A stretch of DNA of 64,000 bases from NCBI GenBank assembly GCA_963703225.1, contig OY969801.1, positions 800,001 through 864,000 on the forward strand, in the 5' to 3' direction. Shown here piece after piece: positions 40,693 through 51,915 of this stretch (the stretch's first letter is position 1; each line of letters opens with the position of its first letter). The notes under the pieces were generated by a model, which was not told the DNA's origin, made no database searches, and was given only the letters and a program-made list of their open reading frames with translations. The translations under genes were made by a program, and so were the position numbers. The DNA is from Candidatus Eiseniibacteriota bacterium (GTDB lineage: Bacteria > Eisenbacteria > RBG-16-71-46 > SZUA-252).

Positions 40693-41932
40693 TAATCGTC
40701 AGTCAGGGGCCGTTGTCACGGGGATGCCAGCCTCTGTCGTGGCAAGCCAAAGCGCCGTCCGGCCTGATCCGCCGAAAATCCGCGTCGCTGTATTTCAGCG
40801 GATGGTGCCTGAGTATCGAGTACCCGTTCTAGATAGGCTCGGCGCAGTAGACGACCTAGAACTGACAATCTATTCGACGCGGTTCGCGGGCCCATTCGCC
40901 CACGCGACTGCAGTTAGCGTCGGTGAGCTTCGCGTGGGGCGCGTCCGGCTCCACCCTCGCGTTCTCTCGCAGGAGGTTCGCCAGGGGTACGACGTCCTGG
41001 TCTGTGAGGGGGGTCTTTCACTGGTGACGTCCGTCGCCCTGGCGCTCGGCCGCGCGCGAGTTCCTGTGGTCTGGTGGACCTCACTTTGGAACCGAAGGGG
41101 AGGCGTCCAGGTCGGGAGCGGCCTCCGAGGAATGCTGACGGCAGCGGTACTCAGGCGCTGTGCCGCAGTTGCGACGTACTCAAACACCGCTAAGCGGGCT
41201 GCGATTGGGGCCATGGGCCGGTCTGACAGGGTCTTTGTCGCGGCCAATTCACTGGACACAGTCCTCCTTGGTTCCGCGGAGCGCGAATGGCGGGAGGACG
41301 GCCGGCACCTTCGCAGCTTCGCCGCCGCGAATCGCCTGACGGGCGCGCGGATCGCGCTTTTCTCTGGCCGGATGACGAGAGATAAGCGGATTCCTGACCT
41401 GATTGAAGCTTTCGACCAGCTTGCAAGGCACTATCGCGAGGAACCGCTTCGACTAGTCCTCCTTGGCGATGGACCCGAGCGGAAACGGATTGAGCGGGAG
41501 ATTCAATACCGCGGGCTCGGGTCTCGGATCCTGCTGTGCGGCGATGTAAGGGACTACAGGGTCTCTTGCCCCTATTTTCTGCTCGCCCGGGCGGTGGTCC
41601 TTCCCGGAACGGGAGGCTTAGCACTGAATCAAGCGATGACGCATGGCGCTCCCGTGATTGCTGCGAGAGGGGACGGAACCGAGCTCGACCTGATTCAAGA
41701 AGGAATCAATGGATTCCACGTTGCAACCGGTGACGTTGGAACCCTAAGGAATCGAATGGAGCAATTGCTCCTCGCGACCCCCGATGAATGGCGCCTAATG
41801 TCTGAGGCCGCACGGTCGGCCATTCGAAGCCGTGCGAACGTGGACGCAATGATATCTGGTCTTGTAGCGGCCATTCGACATGCGGCCGATTCTCGACCTG
41901 GGTTCAAGATCCAGCAGGCAGTGCGAGACTAG
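40686..41932 (+). CDS. GT4 glycosyltransferase
   Basis: YR.PV, FSGRM..DK, GDGPE, PGTGGLALNQAM. Confidence 0.85.
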
Positions 41933-41933
41933 C

Positions 41934-43916
41934 ATGTGCGGAATTGCGGGATTCTGGGGGCCAGACTCGACTGAGAGAGTCCGTTGGATGACAAGTCTGA
42001 TGGTCCATCGCGGGCCCGACGATGGTGGCGTCTGGACGTCTGAGTCACGCCCGCTTGCCCTGGGAAGCAGACGGTTGAAGATAATAGACCTTACGCCCCA
42101 CGGGCATCAACCCATGGTGTCGCGCGACGGCACGCACGTGATTACATTCAACGGCGAGATCTACAACCATCCAGAACTCCGTCGGGAGCTCGAACAAGAC
42201 GGTCAGACGTTCAGGTCGCGGTCCGACACCGAAGTGCTCTTGAATGTACTGACAACCTGGGGTGTGGAAGGCATCACGCGACTGAACGGCATCTTCGCAT
42301 TCGCACTCTGGAACGAGACTTCTGGTCAGCTCACCCTGGGGAGGGACAGGCTTGGCGTGAAGCCTGTCTACTACGCGTGCGTGCAGGACTCGTTCTGCTT
42401 CGCTTCTGAGATCAAGGCTATTCTCGGATCTGGTCTGGTCGAACCACGGCTGGATCCTAAGGAACTCGAGAGCTACCTGCGCCTGTTGTGGGTTCCTGAG
42501 CCCGGGACCCTTTTTGCCGGCATTCGAAAACTTGAGCCCGGAACCATTCTTCAATGGAACGGGAGTAGCGTTAGGACGCAACGGTACTGGGATGTCCCAC
42601 TCCCAAACGACGGACCCCCGCTCTCGGAGGCGGCCGCGCTCGTCGGGGGAGTGTTGGAGCGCTCCATTCGCCGGCAACTACGCGCAGACGTCCCGGTCGG
42701 CGCCTTCCTGAGCGGTGGAATTGACTCAACAGCAATCACGGCGATTGCTGCCCGCGAGATGGGCCGGGCTGTCCGCACCTATACCATTCGTTTCGAATCC
42801 CAGGACAGGGCTCATGAAGGCGCGATCGACGACGCGCGGTATTCACGGCTCGTGGCCGACTGGGCCGAAGTGGAGCATCGAGAGATAGTGATCTCTCCGG
42901 ACGTACTCTCGCTTCTACCAAAGATGGTGTGGCACCTTGAGGATCCCGTGGCGGATCCAGCGGCCATCAATACATTCCTCATTTGTGAAGCAGCACGCGC
43001 AGAGAGCACGGTATTGTTGAGCGGGTCGGGTGGAGACGAGCTATTTGGGGGGTACCGAAAGTATCCGGCGACGATTCTCGCTGGGAGTTACCAGCGACTC
43101 CCCAAATTTCTTCGCGAGTGGGTCATTGCTCCGTTGGCCCGGCGACTGCCAGTTGTTGTTGGTAAGTCCGGTCTCCGAGACGTTCGATTGGCCAAGAAGT
43201 TTTTGCGGTACTCGGGGCATGAGTACCTCGAGAGGTTCCTGGGGTATTCAACCTATTACGATGGTGTGGAGCTATCGGAGCTCCTCGGCCGGGGCGGCTC
43301 ACGATCTGAGAATGACTACATGGGGCTGGATCGCCTCAGGGCGTCATGGGACGCGAGATCATCCGGGGATTTCGTTGATCGGATGCTATACCTAGATCTC
43401 AAGTACTACCTTCCCGGCCTTGGCCTAGCGTACATGGATAAGGCAAGCATGGCGGCTTCCGTGGAAGTACGCGTGCCACTCCTGGACGACGAGCTCGTCG
43501 AGACCGTTTCTCGCTTGCCTGGTGACAAGAAGGTGAAGGGGTCAAAGACCAAGATTGTCTTAAGGGAGGCCCTCCGAGGAAGGATTCCAAACGCGATTCT
43601 CCGGCGCCGAAAGGCGCCATTTTCAGCTCCGATCCGATCTTGGCTCAGAGGACCATTAGAGCCGGCCGTTTCGGAGCTCTTGGGCCCCTCGCAACTCCGG
43701 ACGCGGGGGCTTGTCGACCCGGAAATGGTGGAACGAATCCTTGCCGAGAATCGGCGGGGCATTGAAGACCATTCATTGAGAATATGGGCTCTGCTAACGC
43801 TTGAAATCTGGCACCAGGAGTTTTTTGATCACCGAAATCGCTACGCCATGAAGTCAGAGGCCCACTCGGTCCCGGAAGCGCTTCGCGTTGGGGGAAGAAC
43901 GGAGGTGTCCGCATGA
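41934..43916 (+). CDS. asnB: Asparagine synthase-like amidotransferase
   Basis: MCGIAG, HRGPD, FNGEIYN, LSGGIDS, GGDELFGGY, EVRVPLLD. Confidence 0.95.
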   Translation: MCGIAGFWGPDSTERVRWMTSLMVHRGPDDGGVWTSESRPLALGSRRLKIIDLTPHGHQPMVSRDGTHVITFNGEIYNHPELRRELEQDGQTFRSRSDTEVLLNVLTTWGVEGITRLNGIFAFALWNETSGQLTLGRDRLGVKPVYYACVQDSFCFASEIKAILGSGLVEPRLDPKELESYLRLLWVPEPGTLFAGIRKLEPGTILQWNGSSVRTQRYWDVPLPNDGPPLSEAAALVGGVLERSIRRQLRADVPVGAFLSGGIDSTAITAIAAREMGRAVRTYTIRFESQDRAHEGAIDDARYSRLVADWAEVEHREIVISPDVLSLLPKMVWHLEDPVADPAAINTFLICEAARAESTVLLSGSGGDELFGGYRKYPATILAGSYQRLPKFLREWVIAPLARRLPVVVGKSGLRDVRLAKKFLRYSGHEYLERFLGYSTYYDGVELSELLGRGGSRSENDYMGLDRLRASWDARSSGDFVDRMLYLDLKYYLPGLGLAYMDKASMAASVEVRVPLLDDELVETVSRLPGDKKVKGSKTKIVLREALRGRIPNAILRRRKAPFSAPIRSWLRGPLEPAVSELLGPSQLRTRGLVDPEMVERILAENRRGIEDHSLRIWALLTLEIWHQEFFDHRNRYAMKSEAHSVPEALRVGGRTEVSA

Positions 43917-46114
43917 AGCAGCTCGCGCTGGACCCTCATTCGGGTGCCATCTCCATCATGGAGTTGGCCAATCCCTCTTTGCGACCAGACGAGGCGCTTG
44001 TGCGGGTTAGATGTTCGGTCGTCTCATCTGGGACCGAGTTGGCAAAGGTGAGCCTTGCTGGCCAGTCCTTGGTGAATAAGGCACGGAGTCGACCGGAACA
44101 GGTCACAAACGTCATCCATAGCGCGCGGATGGATGGAATAGCCGCAACGGTGCGGAAGGTCAAAGAGCGTCTCGGCACTCCGATGCCGCTGGGCTACTCC
44201 TTGGCAGGTGTCGTTGAAGAGTGTGGAGCGGCGTGTGGCGGATTGTGGCCAGGGGCAGCGGTTGCTTGCGCCGGGGCAACCGCCTCGCACGCTGAGATGG
44301 TTGCCGTTCCTTCTATGCTTGTGGTCCCCGTACCGCCAGATGTGGCCCTCGAGGATGCTGCGTACACGACGCTCGGTGCGATCGCCATGCACGGGTTGAG
44401 AACGGGTAACGTTCAGCTAGGTGATCGGGTGCTGATCATTGGCCTTGGCCTCCTGGGCCAGATTGCAACCCGCCTCTGTGTCGCCGCTGGCGCTCACGTG
44501 TTTGGGGTCGATCTGCGCGAAGACAGGGCACAGCTGGCTGTCGACTCTGGGGCGGACGCTGCGCACACCGCGCTCGACTCAGCCACGGCCAGGGCGGTTA
44601 CCGCTTGGAGTGGAGGAAGAGGGGCCGATGTGGTCCTGATCACCGCGGGAGGAACGGACAATTCGCCGTTGGTCCTGGCGGGCGATGCGGCGCGTGACCG
44701 CGCCCGGGTGGTGGTCGTGGGTGCGGTCGAGCTTGCCGTCCCGAGAGAGACGTTCTATCACAAAGAGCTCTCGCTCGTGGTTAGCAGGTCCTACGGCCCC
44801 GGCCGGTACGACCGTGACTATGAGGAACGCGGGATTGCCTATCCAGTGGGCTTCGTCCCCTGGACGGAGCGAAGAAACATGGAGGAGTTCCTGTCCCTCC
44901 TGAGCGCCGCGCGGATCACACTCCAGGGCCTCAAGGGCGAAACGGTGCCATTCGAAGATGCGCCGGCCGCATACCAGCGGCTTTCGGGGCAGAATCCGCC
45001 AATCTCCGTCGTCTTCCGCTACGGGGAGCCCGACTCCTCGCCGAGTACGATCGAGCCTCCTCCCGAACGCACAGAGCTGCTGCCTCATGTACTCACAAGC
45101 AATTGGCGTGACTCCGCGTCGCGTTTCGAGCCAAGACCCCTCCAAGTCAGCTTCGTTGGCGTTGGAAATTTCGCGACAGGCACCCTGCTCCCTGCTATTC
45201 GAGGGGCAAGCGACGCGCTCCTTGTCACTGCCGTAGCCTCGACCCCACTCAAGGCGGAGTCGGTGAAGCGCCGCTGGAAGTTCGCAGCCTCTGGGTCAGA
45301 CCCAAGTGAGGCGTGGTCGGGACACGACACGCAAATCGTGGTCCTCGCGACCCGGCACGATACGCACGCGGCCTTCGCGGAGGCTGCCCTGCGCGCCAAC
45401 AAGGCGGTCTTCGTGGAGAAACCTCTAGCACTTCTCCCAGCGGAATTTGACCGGGTAAAGACAACGCTCGACGCAACCGCGGGGAGGCTCATGGTGGGCT
45501 TCAATAGGCGGTTCGCACCGGCGGTGCGCTGGGCCGTCGATTGCCTTGGGTCCGATCGCGGGAACGCGCGCCTGCTGTTGCGGGTGAACGCCGGGCCACT
45601 CCCTTCGGATCACTGGCTTCTCGACCCTAAGATTGGAGGAGGGAGGCTCCTCGGCGAAGGCTGCCACTTCATCGATCTGGCGTGTTTTCTTGCCGGGTCG
45701 GAACCGGTCGAGGTATTGGCGCGGGGCCGCGACCGGGTTTCTGGCAATGTGCCGAACCAGGATTTTTGCGTTGAGCTGACCTTCGCCAACGGGACGACAG
45801 CCCTCATTGAATACGTCTCCAGCGGAGACCCCACTCTCGGCAAGGAACGTTACGAGATCCACCGGCAGGGAATATCGATCGTCATAGATGATTTCCGACG
45901 AGCGGAATGCCGCCGGTCGGGGAAGGTAAAGAGACACGCATGGGCGGCGCGGGACCGGGGCCACAGGGCCGAAGTACACGAATTTCTTGAGGCTGTGCGA
46001 ACCGGCGCCCCTACTCCCATCCCCGAAGCACAAAGCGTCCTATCGACCGCTCTTACCCTTGCAGCGGCGAGGTCCCTGCGCGAGGGTCGAGCTCTGGGGG
46101 CTGATGCTTGGTGA
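43913..46114 (+). CDS. Bi-domain oxidoreductase (MDR plus Gfo/Idh/MocA)
   Basis: SSGTE, PLGYS, GLGLLG, SRSYGPGRYD, ATRH..H, EKP, GFNRRF, GEGCHFID. Confidence 0.92.
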   Translation: MKQLALDPHSGAISIMELANPSLRPDEALVRVRCSVVSSGTELAKVSLAGQSLVNKARSRPEQVTNVIHSARMDGIAATVRKVKERLGTPMPLGYSLAGVVEECGAACGGLWPGAAVACAGATASHAEMVAVPSMLVVPVPPDVALEDAAYTTLGAIAMHGLRTGNVQLGDRVLIIGLGLLGQIATRLCVAAGAHVFGVDLREDRAQLAVDSGADAAHTALDSATARAVTAWSGGRGADVVLITAGGTDNSPLVLAGDAARDRARVVVVGAVELAVPRETFYHKELSLVVSRSYGPGRYDRDYEERGIAYPVGFVPWTERRNMEEFLSLLSAARITLQGLKGETVPFEDAPAAYQRLSGQNPPISVVFRYGEPDSSPSTIEPPPERTELLPHVLTSNWRDSASRFEPRPLQVSFVGVGNFATGTLLPAIRGASDALLVTAVASTPLKAESVKRRWKFAASGSDPSEAWSGHDTQIVVLATRHDTHAAFAEAALRANKAVFVEKPLALLPAEFDRVKTTLDATAGRLMVGFNRRFAPAVRWAVDCLGSDRGNARLLLRVNAGPLPSDHWLLDPKIGGGRLLGEGCHFIDLACFLAGSEPVEVLARGRDRVSGNVPNQDFCVELTFANGTTALIEYVSSGDPTLGKERYEIHRQGISIVIDDFRRAECRRSGKVKRHAWAARDRGHRAEVHEFLEAVRTGAPTPIPEAQSVLSTALTLAAARSLREGRALGADAW

Positions 46115-47351
46115 CCTGACCGCTGAGCGGGCGCTCGTCCATACGCTGGAGCGCGCGGAGCGGGCCGGATGGAAGGGAGCCGATCCCTACGACGGGTTGC
46201 TCTCGACCATTGGGGCAGCGGCCATTCCCCTTGGATCGCTGGCTCGGATGGCCCTCCTGCAAACGGTGACGAGGTCTGGGCTAGTTCGCCGGGTCGTCAA
46301 CCCCACGAGATCCACAAATCCGAAGGGTCTGGGACTGTTCCTCGGGTCTGTTTTGAGGGGCCGGGACACCCTGGGCCCTCGTCGCGCGCGAGATCTTGGG
46401 GTGGCGCTCCTGTCCGAGATTGAGTTGGCAGCTAGGAAGGCGCCGCACGGGATCGGTTGGGGGTACCCGTTTCCTTGGCAGTCCAGATTCTTCTATGCGC
46501 CGGCCGGAACATCCAACGCGGTAGTTACCGCCACCGTAGGCTGGCACCTTCTTGATTGGGCTGATGAGATGGCATCGGATCGCGCGAGGTCGCTGGGATT
46601 CGGTGCTGCTCAATTCCTATCGCAATCGTTGGTGCATCAGGAGGCACCTTCCAGTGGAGCCTCAGTCTCCTACATCGAGTCGAGCCGAGACCGCATCGTC
46701 AATGTATCCATGCTGGCGGCCAGACTCCTGATGCGGGTCGGCGCCGACGCCCCACGCCGCCCAAGCCAGGCCGTCACGGCAGCCGAGGCGGCGTTGATGA
46801 GAGCCCAGGCCGACCGGCTCCTTCAATTCGGGCTCTCCCAGCAGCTCCCATCCGGATTTTGGAAGTACGCTGTTGAGGCTCGCGGCAATTGGGTGGACTC
46901 CTACCACATGGGGTTCATCCTGGAGTCGCTTCTCTCCCTCCGTACTCTGGGAGCCCCGGTCCCCAACGCACCTTTGCTCCGGGGACTGAGTGCCTACGCC
47001 TCGTTCTTCGATCCCGACGGCGGGGCACGATACTCAAGTGGGAGCCGGTCCTTTTACGATGCACACTCCGCGGCACAGGGAATCGTCACCTACACTTCCC
47101 TGGCCAGTGACGACGGTATGCCCTCCGCCGCTCGCGAGGATGCCGCGGAGCGGGCTGGCCGGATCGTGGACTGGTCGCTGAGAAATTTGTGGATCTCTCC
47201 AAAAGGCTATTTCGCCTATAGGGTGATTCGTGGTAGGAGGGACGAGCGGGACTACTCCCGATGGGTCCAGGCGTGGATGGCTCTGGCCCTTGGAACCGCA
47301 CTAGGAAAGCCAAGCCAGGCTGAGGTGGTGGAAGCGCAGGAAGCGCGGTAA
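46104..47351 (+). CDS. Polysaccharide-cluster protein with alpha/alpha toroid-like fold
   Basis: G.DPYDGL, WGYPFPWQSR, WVDSYHMGF, RWVQAWM. Confidence 0.75.
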   Translation: MLGDLTAERALVHTLERAERAGWKGADPYDGLLSTIGAAAIPLGSLARMALLQTVTRSGLVRRVVNPTRSTNPKGLGLFLGSVLRGRDTLGPRRARDLGVALLSEIELAARKAPHGIGWGYPFPWQSRFFYAPAGTSNAVVTATVGWHLLDWADEMASDRARSLGFGAAQFLSQSLVHQEAPSSGASVSYIESSRDRIVNVSMLAARLLMRVGADAPRRPSQAVTAAEAALMRAQADRLLQFGLSQQLPSGFWKYAVEARGNWVDSYHMGFILESLLSLRTLGAPVPNAPLLRGLSAYASFFDPDGGARYSSGSRSFYDAHSAAQGIVTYTSLASDDGMPSAAREDAAERAGRIVDWSLRNLWISPKGYFAYRVIRGRRDERDYSRWVQAWMALALGTALGKPSQAEVVEAQEAR

Positions 47352-47380
47352 TCCGTCAGGGATTGGCGGGGGGTGGTGGG

Positions 47381-48472
47381 ATGGGGCAGGGGCCCGTCTG
47401 GTTCGACTTTGAGAACACGCCGCACGTCTTGTTTCTGGAGCCGATCATCCGGCGGCTCCACGAGACAGGCCTAGAGACCGTTGCGACAGCGAAGCCTCAG
47501 TCCCAAACCATTGAGCTCGCGGCCGCGCGCGGAATCCCCGTCGATGTCGTAGGCGGCGGAAATCACAAGGGTCGGCTCAGGAAGTTCCTCTACGGTCTTG
47601 GGCGAGCCGCACAGCTCGCTGCTTGGGCCGTCTCCAAGAAACCCCCGCGTCTGCTTGTCTCCAGCTCCAGGACTGCTTCGCTGGCCGCCAGGGCGCTCGG
47701 CATCCCAGCGATCGGTCTCCTCGACTACGAGCATTCCGAATACCGGCCCATTGCCATGGCCTCCAGGCCGGTCCTGATGCCCGATCTCTTTCGCGGAGCG
47801 AATCTTCCGCTCGCGCTCCGTCGGGTGGTCGGGTTTTACGAAGGCCTCAAAGAAAACCTCTACATTGATGATCGCTCTCTAAACCGCGGCGCCTGTCGCG
47901 CGGGTCTTGGCATACACAATGGGGCGTACGTCGTCGTCGCTCGGCCTCCTGCGTGGAACGCTCACTACGCGGAAAGGGCGGATACGAGCGTCGCCCTCTG
48001 GATGCGGGCAGTCCGTCAGTTTCATTCTGTGGATCACACGCGAATCTACTTGGTTCCGAGAGATCGGGAACAGCTCGACTGGCTGAACCGGTCCTTCGGT
48101 TCCTCGGCTGGCGTGCATGTGTTTTCAACGGCTATGGATGGCCCTGCCCTGATCGCTGGCGCGGATTTGGTGATCAGCGGTGGTGGAACGATGAATCGAG
48201 AGGCAGCGGCTCTCGGCGTGCCGGCGTGGAGCGTGTTCACGGGGCGCACACCGCACGTGGACGAGTGTTTGGCGCGAGAGGGGCGGCTGCGCTGGGTGCG
48301 AACCGAAGAGGAGTACGCGGACGCCTGGCGCGCACCACGACCACAACTCCTCCCGAGGAGGGGGCCGTACCCGGCGGGCCTTGAGCGTATCGCCGATGAA
48401 GTCCTTTCGGCGACGGGTGTGGTGGCGGAGAGACAGTCAGAACTGGCAAGCGAGGAGGCACGTCAACTCTAG
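47381..48472 (+). CDS. DUF354 family protein
   Basis: VWFDFENTPHV, DYEH, DLVISGGGTMNREAA.LG.P. Confidence 0.88.
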   Translation: MGQGPVWFDFENTPHVLFLEPIIRRLHETGLETVATAKPQSQTIELAAARGIPVDVVGGGNHKGRLRKFLYGLGRAAQLAAWAVSKKPPRLLVSSSRTASLAARALGIPAIGLLDYEHSEYRPIAMASRPVLMPDLFRGANLPLALRRVVGFYEGLKENLYIDDRSLNRGACRAGLGIHNGAYVVVARPPAWNAHYAERADTSVALWMRAVRQFHSVDHTRIYLVPRDREQLDWLNRSFGSSAGVHVFSTAMDGPALIAGADLVISGGGTMNREAAALGVPAWSVFTGRTPHVDECLAREGRLRWVRTEEEYADAWRAPRPQLLPRRGPYPAGLERIADEVLSATGVVAERQSELASEEARQL

Positions 48473-48491
48473 CGCCGATTGAGAACCATCA

Positions 48492-50064
48492 GTGGAGGCA
48501 GCTGGGACGCTGCCGGGAGGATCGGAGCTGAAGCCGGAAGGAGCACCGGCTCGCGAGCGCGAGACCGGAAGCATCGAAATCCGACAGCAGCAGGTCGCTG
48601 GGCGTCGCGCTTACGACCCGGCGGCTCGCGAAGCACCCTTCCAGCCCAGGGCCAGGCGGCCCGCCGGGCACAGTGCTCTCGTTTTCGCGACGGTTCTTGG
48701 CGATCTCGCATCCGTGGCGATCGGGACGTTGGCAACCTCCACCCTCCGATACCCAATCGCTGAGACATTCTCATCGCTGCTCACGCCCGAAGGATCGACC
48801 CTTGTTCTTCTAGCTTCCCTAGCGTGGGTTGGCCTCCTCTCCGCCCGCGGGGCCTACTGGCCGAAGGTCACTCTTGGACGCGGTCGCCAGGCCGTTGTCA
48901 TCGTCGGGGCGGGGTTGCCCGCCTGGATCGTCGTCCAGCTCGCTGCATCCTGGCTCAAGGTCACCGTGCCGCTCGACAGCAGGCTGGTCATGGCCCTATC
49001 GCTACCCGCCACCCTGCTGGGCTTGGTGCTGTTCAGGCTGTCCATCGTGCGCCTTGGGGCGCACCAAGTGTATCGCCGGCGCGGTCAAGGGCTTCTCCTA
49101 GCTTTGAGCGCTTCCGACCCGTTTGCTCGGGGGGCGAGCAGCCCGTGGGCCCCGCATTTCCGTGGCAGGGTGGTCGTGCACCAGTACCTGGGTCCTCTCA
49201 GTCCCGGTCGTGCGCAGTCGCTTGTGGCCGAATATGAAGCAGAAGAAGTACTGCTGGAAACGGGTGTCCTTCCAGGAGCGGACACTCTGCAGATCGCCTT
49301 CGCGTGTCTGGATGCAGGGGCCGAGGTTCAGCTCGTACCTGCGGAGGGCCGCGCATCCGGGCGTGGACTCTCCGAGGATCGGGTCGGCGCGCTGCCGATG
49401 CTGCACCTCCGACGATTCGACCTAGCAGGTCCAGAGGTCATCTTCAAACGAATGGCGGACGTCGTTGGGTCGACGCTTGGCCTCTTGCTTCTCTCGCCCT
49501 TGTTTGCCGCGCTCGCGCTTGCGGTCAAGATCAACTCATCCGGCCCGGTCATTTACACGTCGGAGAGAATCGGCAAGCGCGGCCGGAGATTTCGGATGTT
49601 CAAGTTCCGAACGATGTTCCACGGGAACGACTCGAGGGAATATGAGAAGTACCTCGGTTCTTTATCCGGCAGGGAAGACCGGCGGTTGTCACGGCGGACG
49701 GGACGCACATCTACAAGCCGCCCACATGATCCGCGCGTCACCGCGGTCGGGGCTTGGCTCCGGAGGCTCTCCCTGGACGAGCTCCCACAGCTGCTTCAAC
49801 ACCCTTCTTGGCAGAATGAGCCTCGTCGGTCCTCGGCCGTGCCTGCCGTATGAGTGGGAGCTGTATGCGCCGTGGCAGCGGCGACGCCTCGATGTGACGC
49901 CCGGCTGCACAGGGCTGTGGCAGGTGAAAGGGAGGAGTCGGGTTCGATTCGAAGACATGGTGATACTCGACCTCTACTACGCGCATCACGGAACTCTTCT
50001 GAGCGACTTGCGGCTGATGGCTCAGACTATCCCCGTCATGGCGCAGGGACGCGGAGCGTACTGA
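48492..50064 (+). CDS. Priming undecaprenyl-phosphate sugar transferase, frameshift(s) at about 49660-49800
   Basis: KRMAD, KFRTM, DPRVT.VG..LR..SLDELPQ, MSLVGPRP, PGCTGLWQV.GR, LDLYY. Confidence 0.93.
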
Positions 50065-50080
50065 GAGGCGGGCACCCGCC

Positions 50081-50174
50081 TCACCCACTCCACCCTCCCG
50101 CCGACGAGGAACGGCGTCTCGTTCGTTGAGGACCCGGGGATGTGATCCAGGTTCTCGATCGAAACCGTTCCGAT
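50081..50174 (-). pseudogene. Displaced 3' tail of wzi (partner 52846..52938)
   Basis: IGTVSIENLDHIPGSSTNETPFLVGGRVEW versus VGTASIENLDHILAPAESETPFRVSGKVAW*, 18/30 identical. Confidence 0.85.
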
Positions 50175-50178
50175 CGAT

Positions 50179-50310
50179 GTGAAGTCGATTCCCGATGGGA
50201 TGGTGGCCGCCGGAAACCCTGCCGAAGTCCTCAAGAAGATTGAGGATCTCAAGTGTTATCCCGGCTTCTTTGAACGCCCCTACGTCTGGGAGCCATACCA
50301 GAAGGGCTAG
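50179..50310 (+). pseudogene. 3' fragment of a hexapeptide-repeat acyltransferase
   Basis: VKSIPDGMVAAGNPAEVLKKIEDLKCYPGFFERPYVWEPYQKG*; GNPA is the typical left-handed beta-helix C-terminal motif; no 5' part present. Confidence 0.7.
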
Positions 50311-50450
50311 CGCCTCCCGCCACGCACTCCAGAGCGATGCGCGTCCGTCGAAGCTCGAACCGGCGCCATGCAGTATCACAACCGAATCATAGGATTAGCC
50401 TAGCTGATTCATCATAGCTACAATCTCTCCGTCACCACACCGGAGGGACT

Positions 50451-51410
50451 GTGCAGACGAACAGCGCGAAGTGGCTTCTCCTCATCCACCAAATCCCCGC
50501 GAAGCCTGACTACCTACGCGTGAAGGTCGGGCGCGAATTGCGCCAGCTTGGTGCCGTGGCGATCAAGAACTCGGTCTACGTGGTGCCGGCGGCTCCAGGG
50601 ATGCGAAAGGCGCTCGCGGACTTTTCCCGGGAGGTCCTCCAGCGCGGCGGGGAGGCGGCCGTCTGCGAGGCTCACTTTATTGAGGGCCTCGCCGATGGCG
50701 CGGTGGAGGACCTATTCCGCAAGGCGAGCGACGCGGAGTACTCCAAGCTCGCCGAGGAAGCGAGGGGTCTGGCCTCTGAGATGCGGGGCAGGCGGGCGGC
50801 CAACGACGCGGCCCGGCGAGCGGCGGCGCGGAAATTGGAACGGCTACGCCTGCGGTTCGACGAAATCGTCTCGAGGGATCCCTTTGACGCGCGAGGGCGA
50901 GCGGCCGCGGCGAGCGCAATTTCCCTGGCCGAGGATCGGGTCGAGGGAGTCGACGTGGGAGCGAAGGGGGGCGCCGGCGATCTGGAGCCGCCTCGGGGCG
51001 CCACCTGGGTGACGCGCACGGGCGTCATGGTGGATCGAATCGGGAGTGCCTGGCTCATTCGCCGGTTCATCGACCCGAAAGCCGAGTTCAAGTTCGTCTC
51101 CGCCCGCGGCTACAAACCCGTTCCGGGCGAGATCCGCTTCGACATGACCGGCGCGGAATTCACGCATCGGGACCACCTCTGCACTTTCGAGGTGCTGGTG
51201 GAGCGATTCCGGCTGCGGGATTCGGCTCTCAAGCCACTCGCCGAGATCGTCCACGACCTCGATTTGGAGGATGAGAAATATCGCCGACCGGAAGCCGCCG
51301 GGGTGGAGCGGATGATCGTGGGACTGGCCATCGCGGAGAAGAGCGATGAGGTGCGGCTCCGCCAAGGGGCCGCGGTGTTCGAAAACCTCTATGAGTCCTT
51401 TCGCAGGTGA
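50451..51410 (+). CDS. chrB: Chromate resistance protein ChrB (N and C domains)
   Basis: WLLLIHQIP..P.YLRVK..LGAV..KNSVY; WVTR....DRIGSAWLIRRFIDP, FTH...CTFE. Confidence 0.9.
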   Translation: MQTNSAKWLLLIHQIPAKPDYLRVKVGRELRQLGAVAIKNSVYVVPAAPGMRKALADFSREVLQRGGEAAVCEAHFIEGLADGAVEDLFRKASDAEYSKLAEEARGLASEMRGRRAANDAARRAAARKLERLRLRFDEIVSRDPFDARGRAAAASAISLAEDRVEGVDVGAKGGAGDLEPPRGATWVTRTGVMVDRIGSAWLIRRFIDPKAEFKFVSARGYKPVPGEIRFDMTGAEFTHRDHLCTFEVLVERFRLRDSALKPLAEIVHDLDLEDEKYRRPEAAGVERMIVGLAIAEKSDEVRLRQGAAVFENLYESFRR

Positions 51411-51453
51411 GGTTGTTGCGACTGGGTCGAGGCAAACGGAGGAGGGAAGCGCG

Positions 51454-51915
51454 ATGAAATGGGTAACGAGAGAGAACGTGCAGGTGGATCGAGTGGCATG
51501 CCCGTGGCTGATCAAGAAGTTCGTAGATCCGAAGGCTGAATTCCTGTTCGTGCCGGCGGACCAGGTCATGGCCGTGGCGGAGCGCGAGAAGGCGATCCCG
51601 TACGATGTGAAGGGCGTCGAGCTAGGCCATCATGGGAAGGAGTGCTCGTTCGATGCGATCGTCAAGAAGCACGGCCTGACGTCCGACCCGGCGCTGGTGC
51701 TGCTGGCCCGGATCGTGAACGGAGCCGACACGGACAACACGCTCTGGAACCAGCCAGAATCGGCCGGGCTGAGGGCGGTCGCCAAGGGCTTTCGCGGTCT
51801 TGGCTTCAAGAACGACCACGAGCTGAACGCCGCCGAATGGATCGTCTACGACGCGCTCTACGCCTACTGCGGGAAGATGGTGGAGGAGGGGAAGCTGGAG
51901 GGCGCGGCGAGGTGA
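51454..51915 (+). CDS. Stand-alone ChrB C-terminal domain protein (ChrF-like)
   Basis: MKWVTRE..VDRVACPWLIKKFVDP, CSFDAI, IVNGADT, YDALY. Confidence 0.88.
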   Translation: MKWVTRENVQVDRVACPWLIKKFVDPKAEFLFVPADQVMAVAEREKAIPYDVKGVELGHHGKECSFDAIVKKHGLTSDPALVLLARIVNGADTDNTLWNQPESAGLRAVAKGFRGLGFKNDHELNAAEWIVYDALYAYCGKMVEEGKLEGAAR

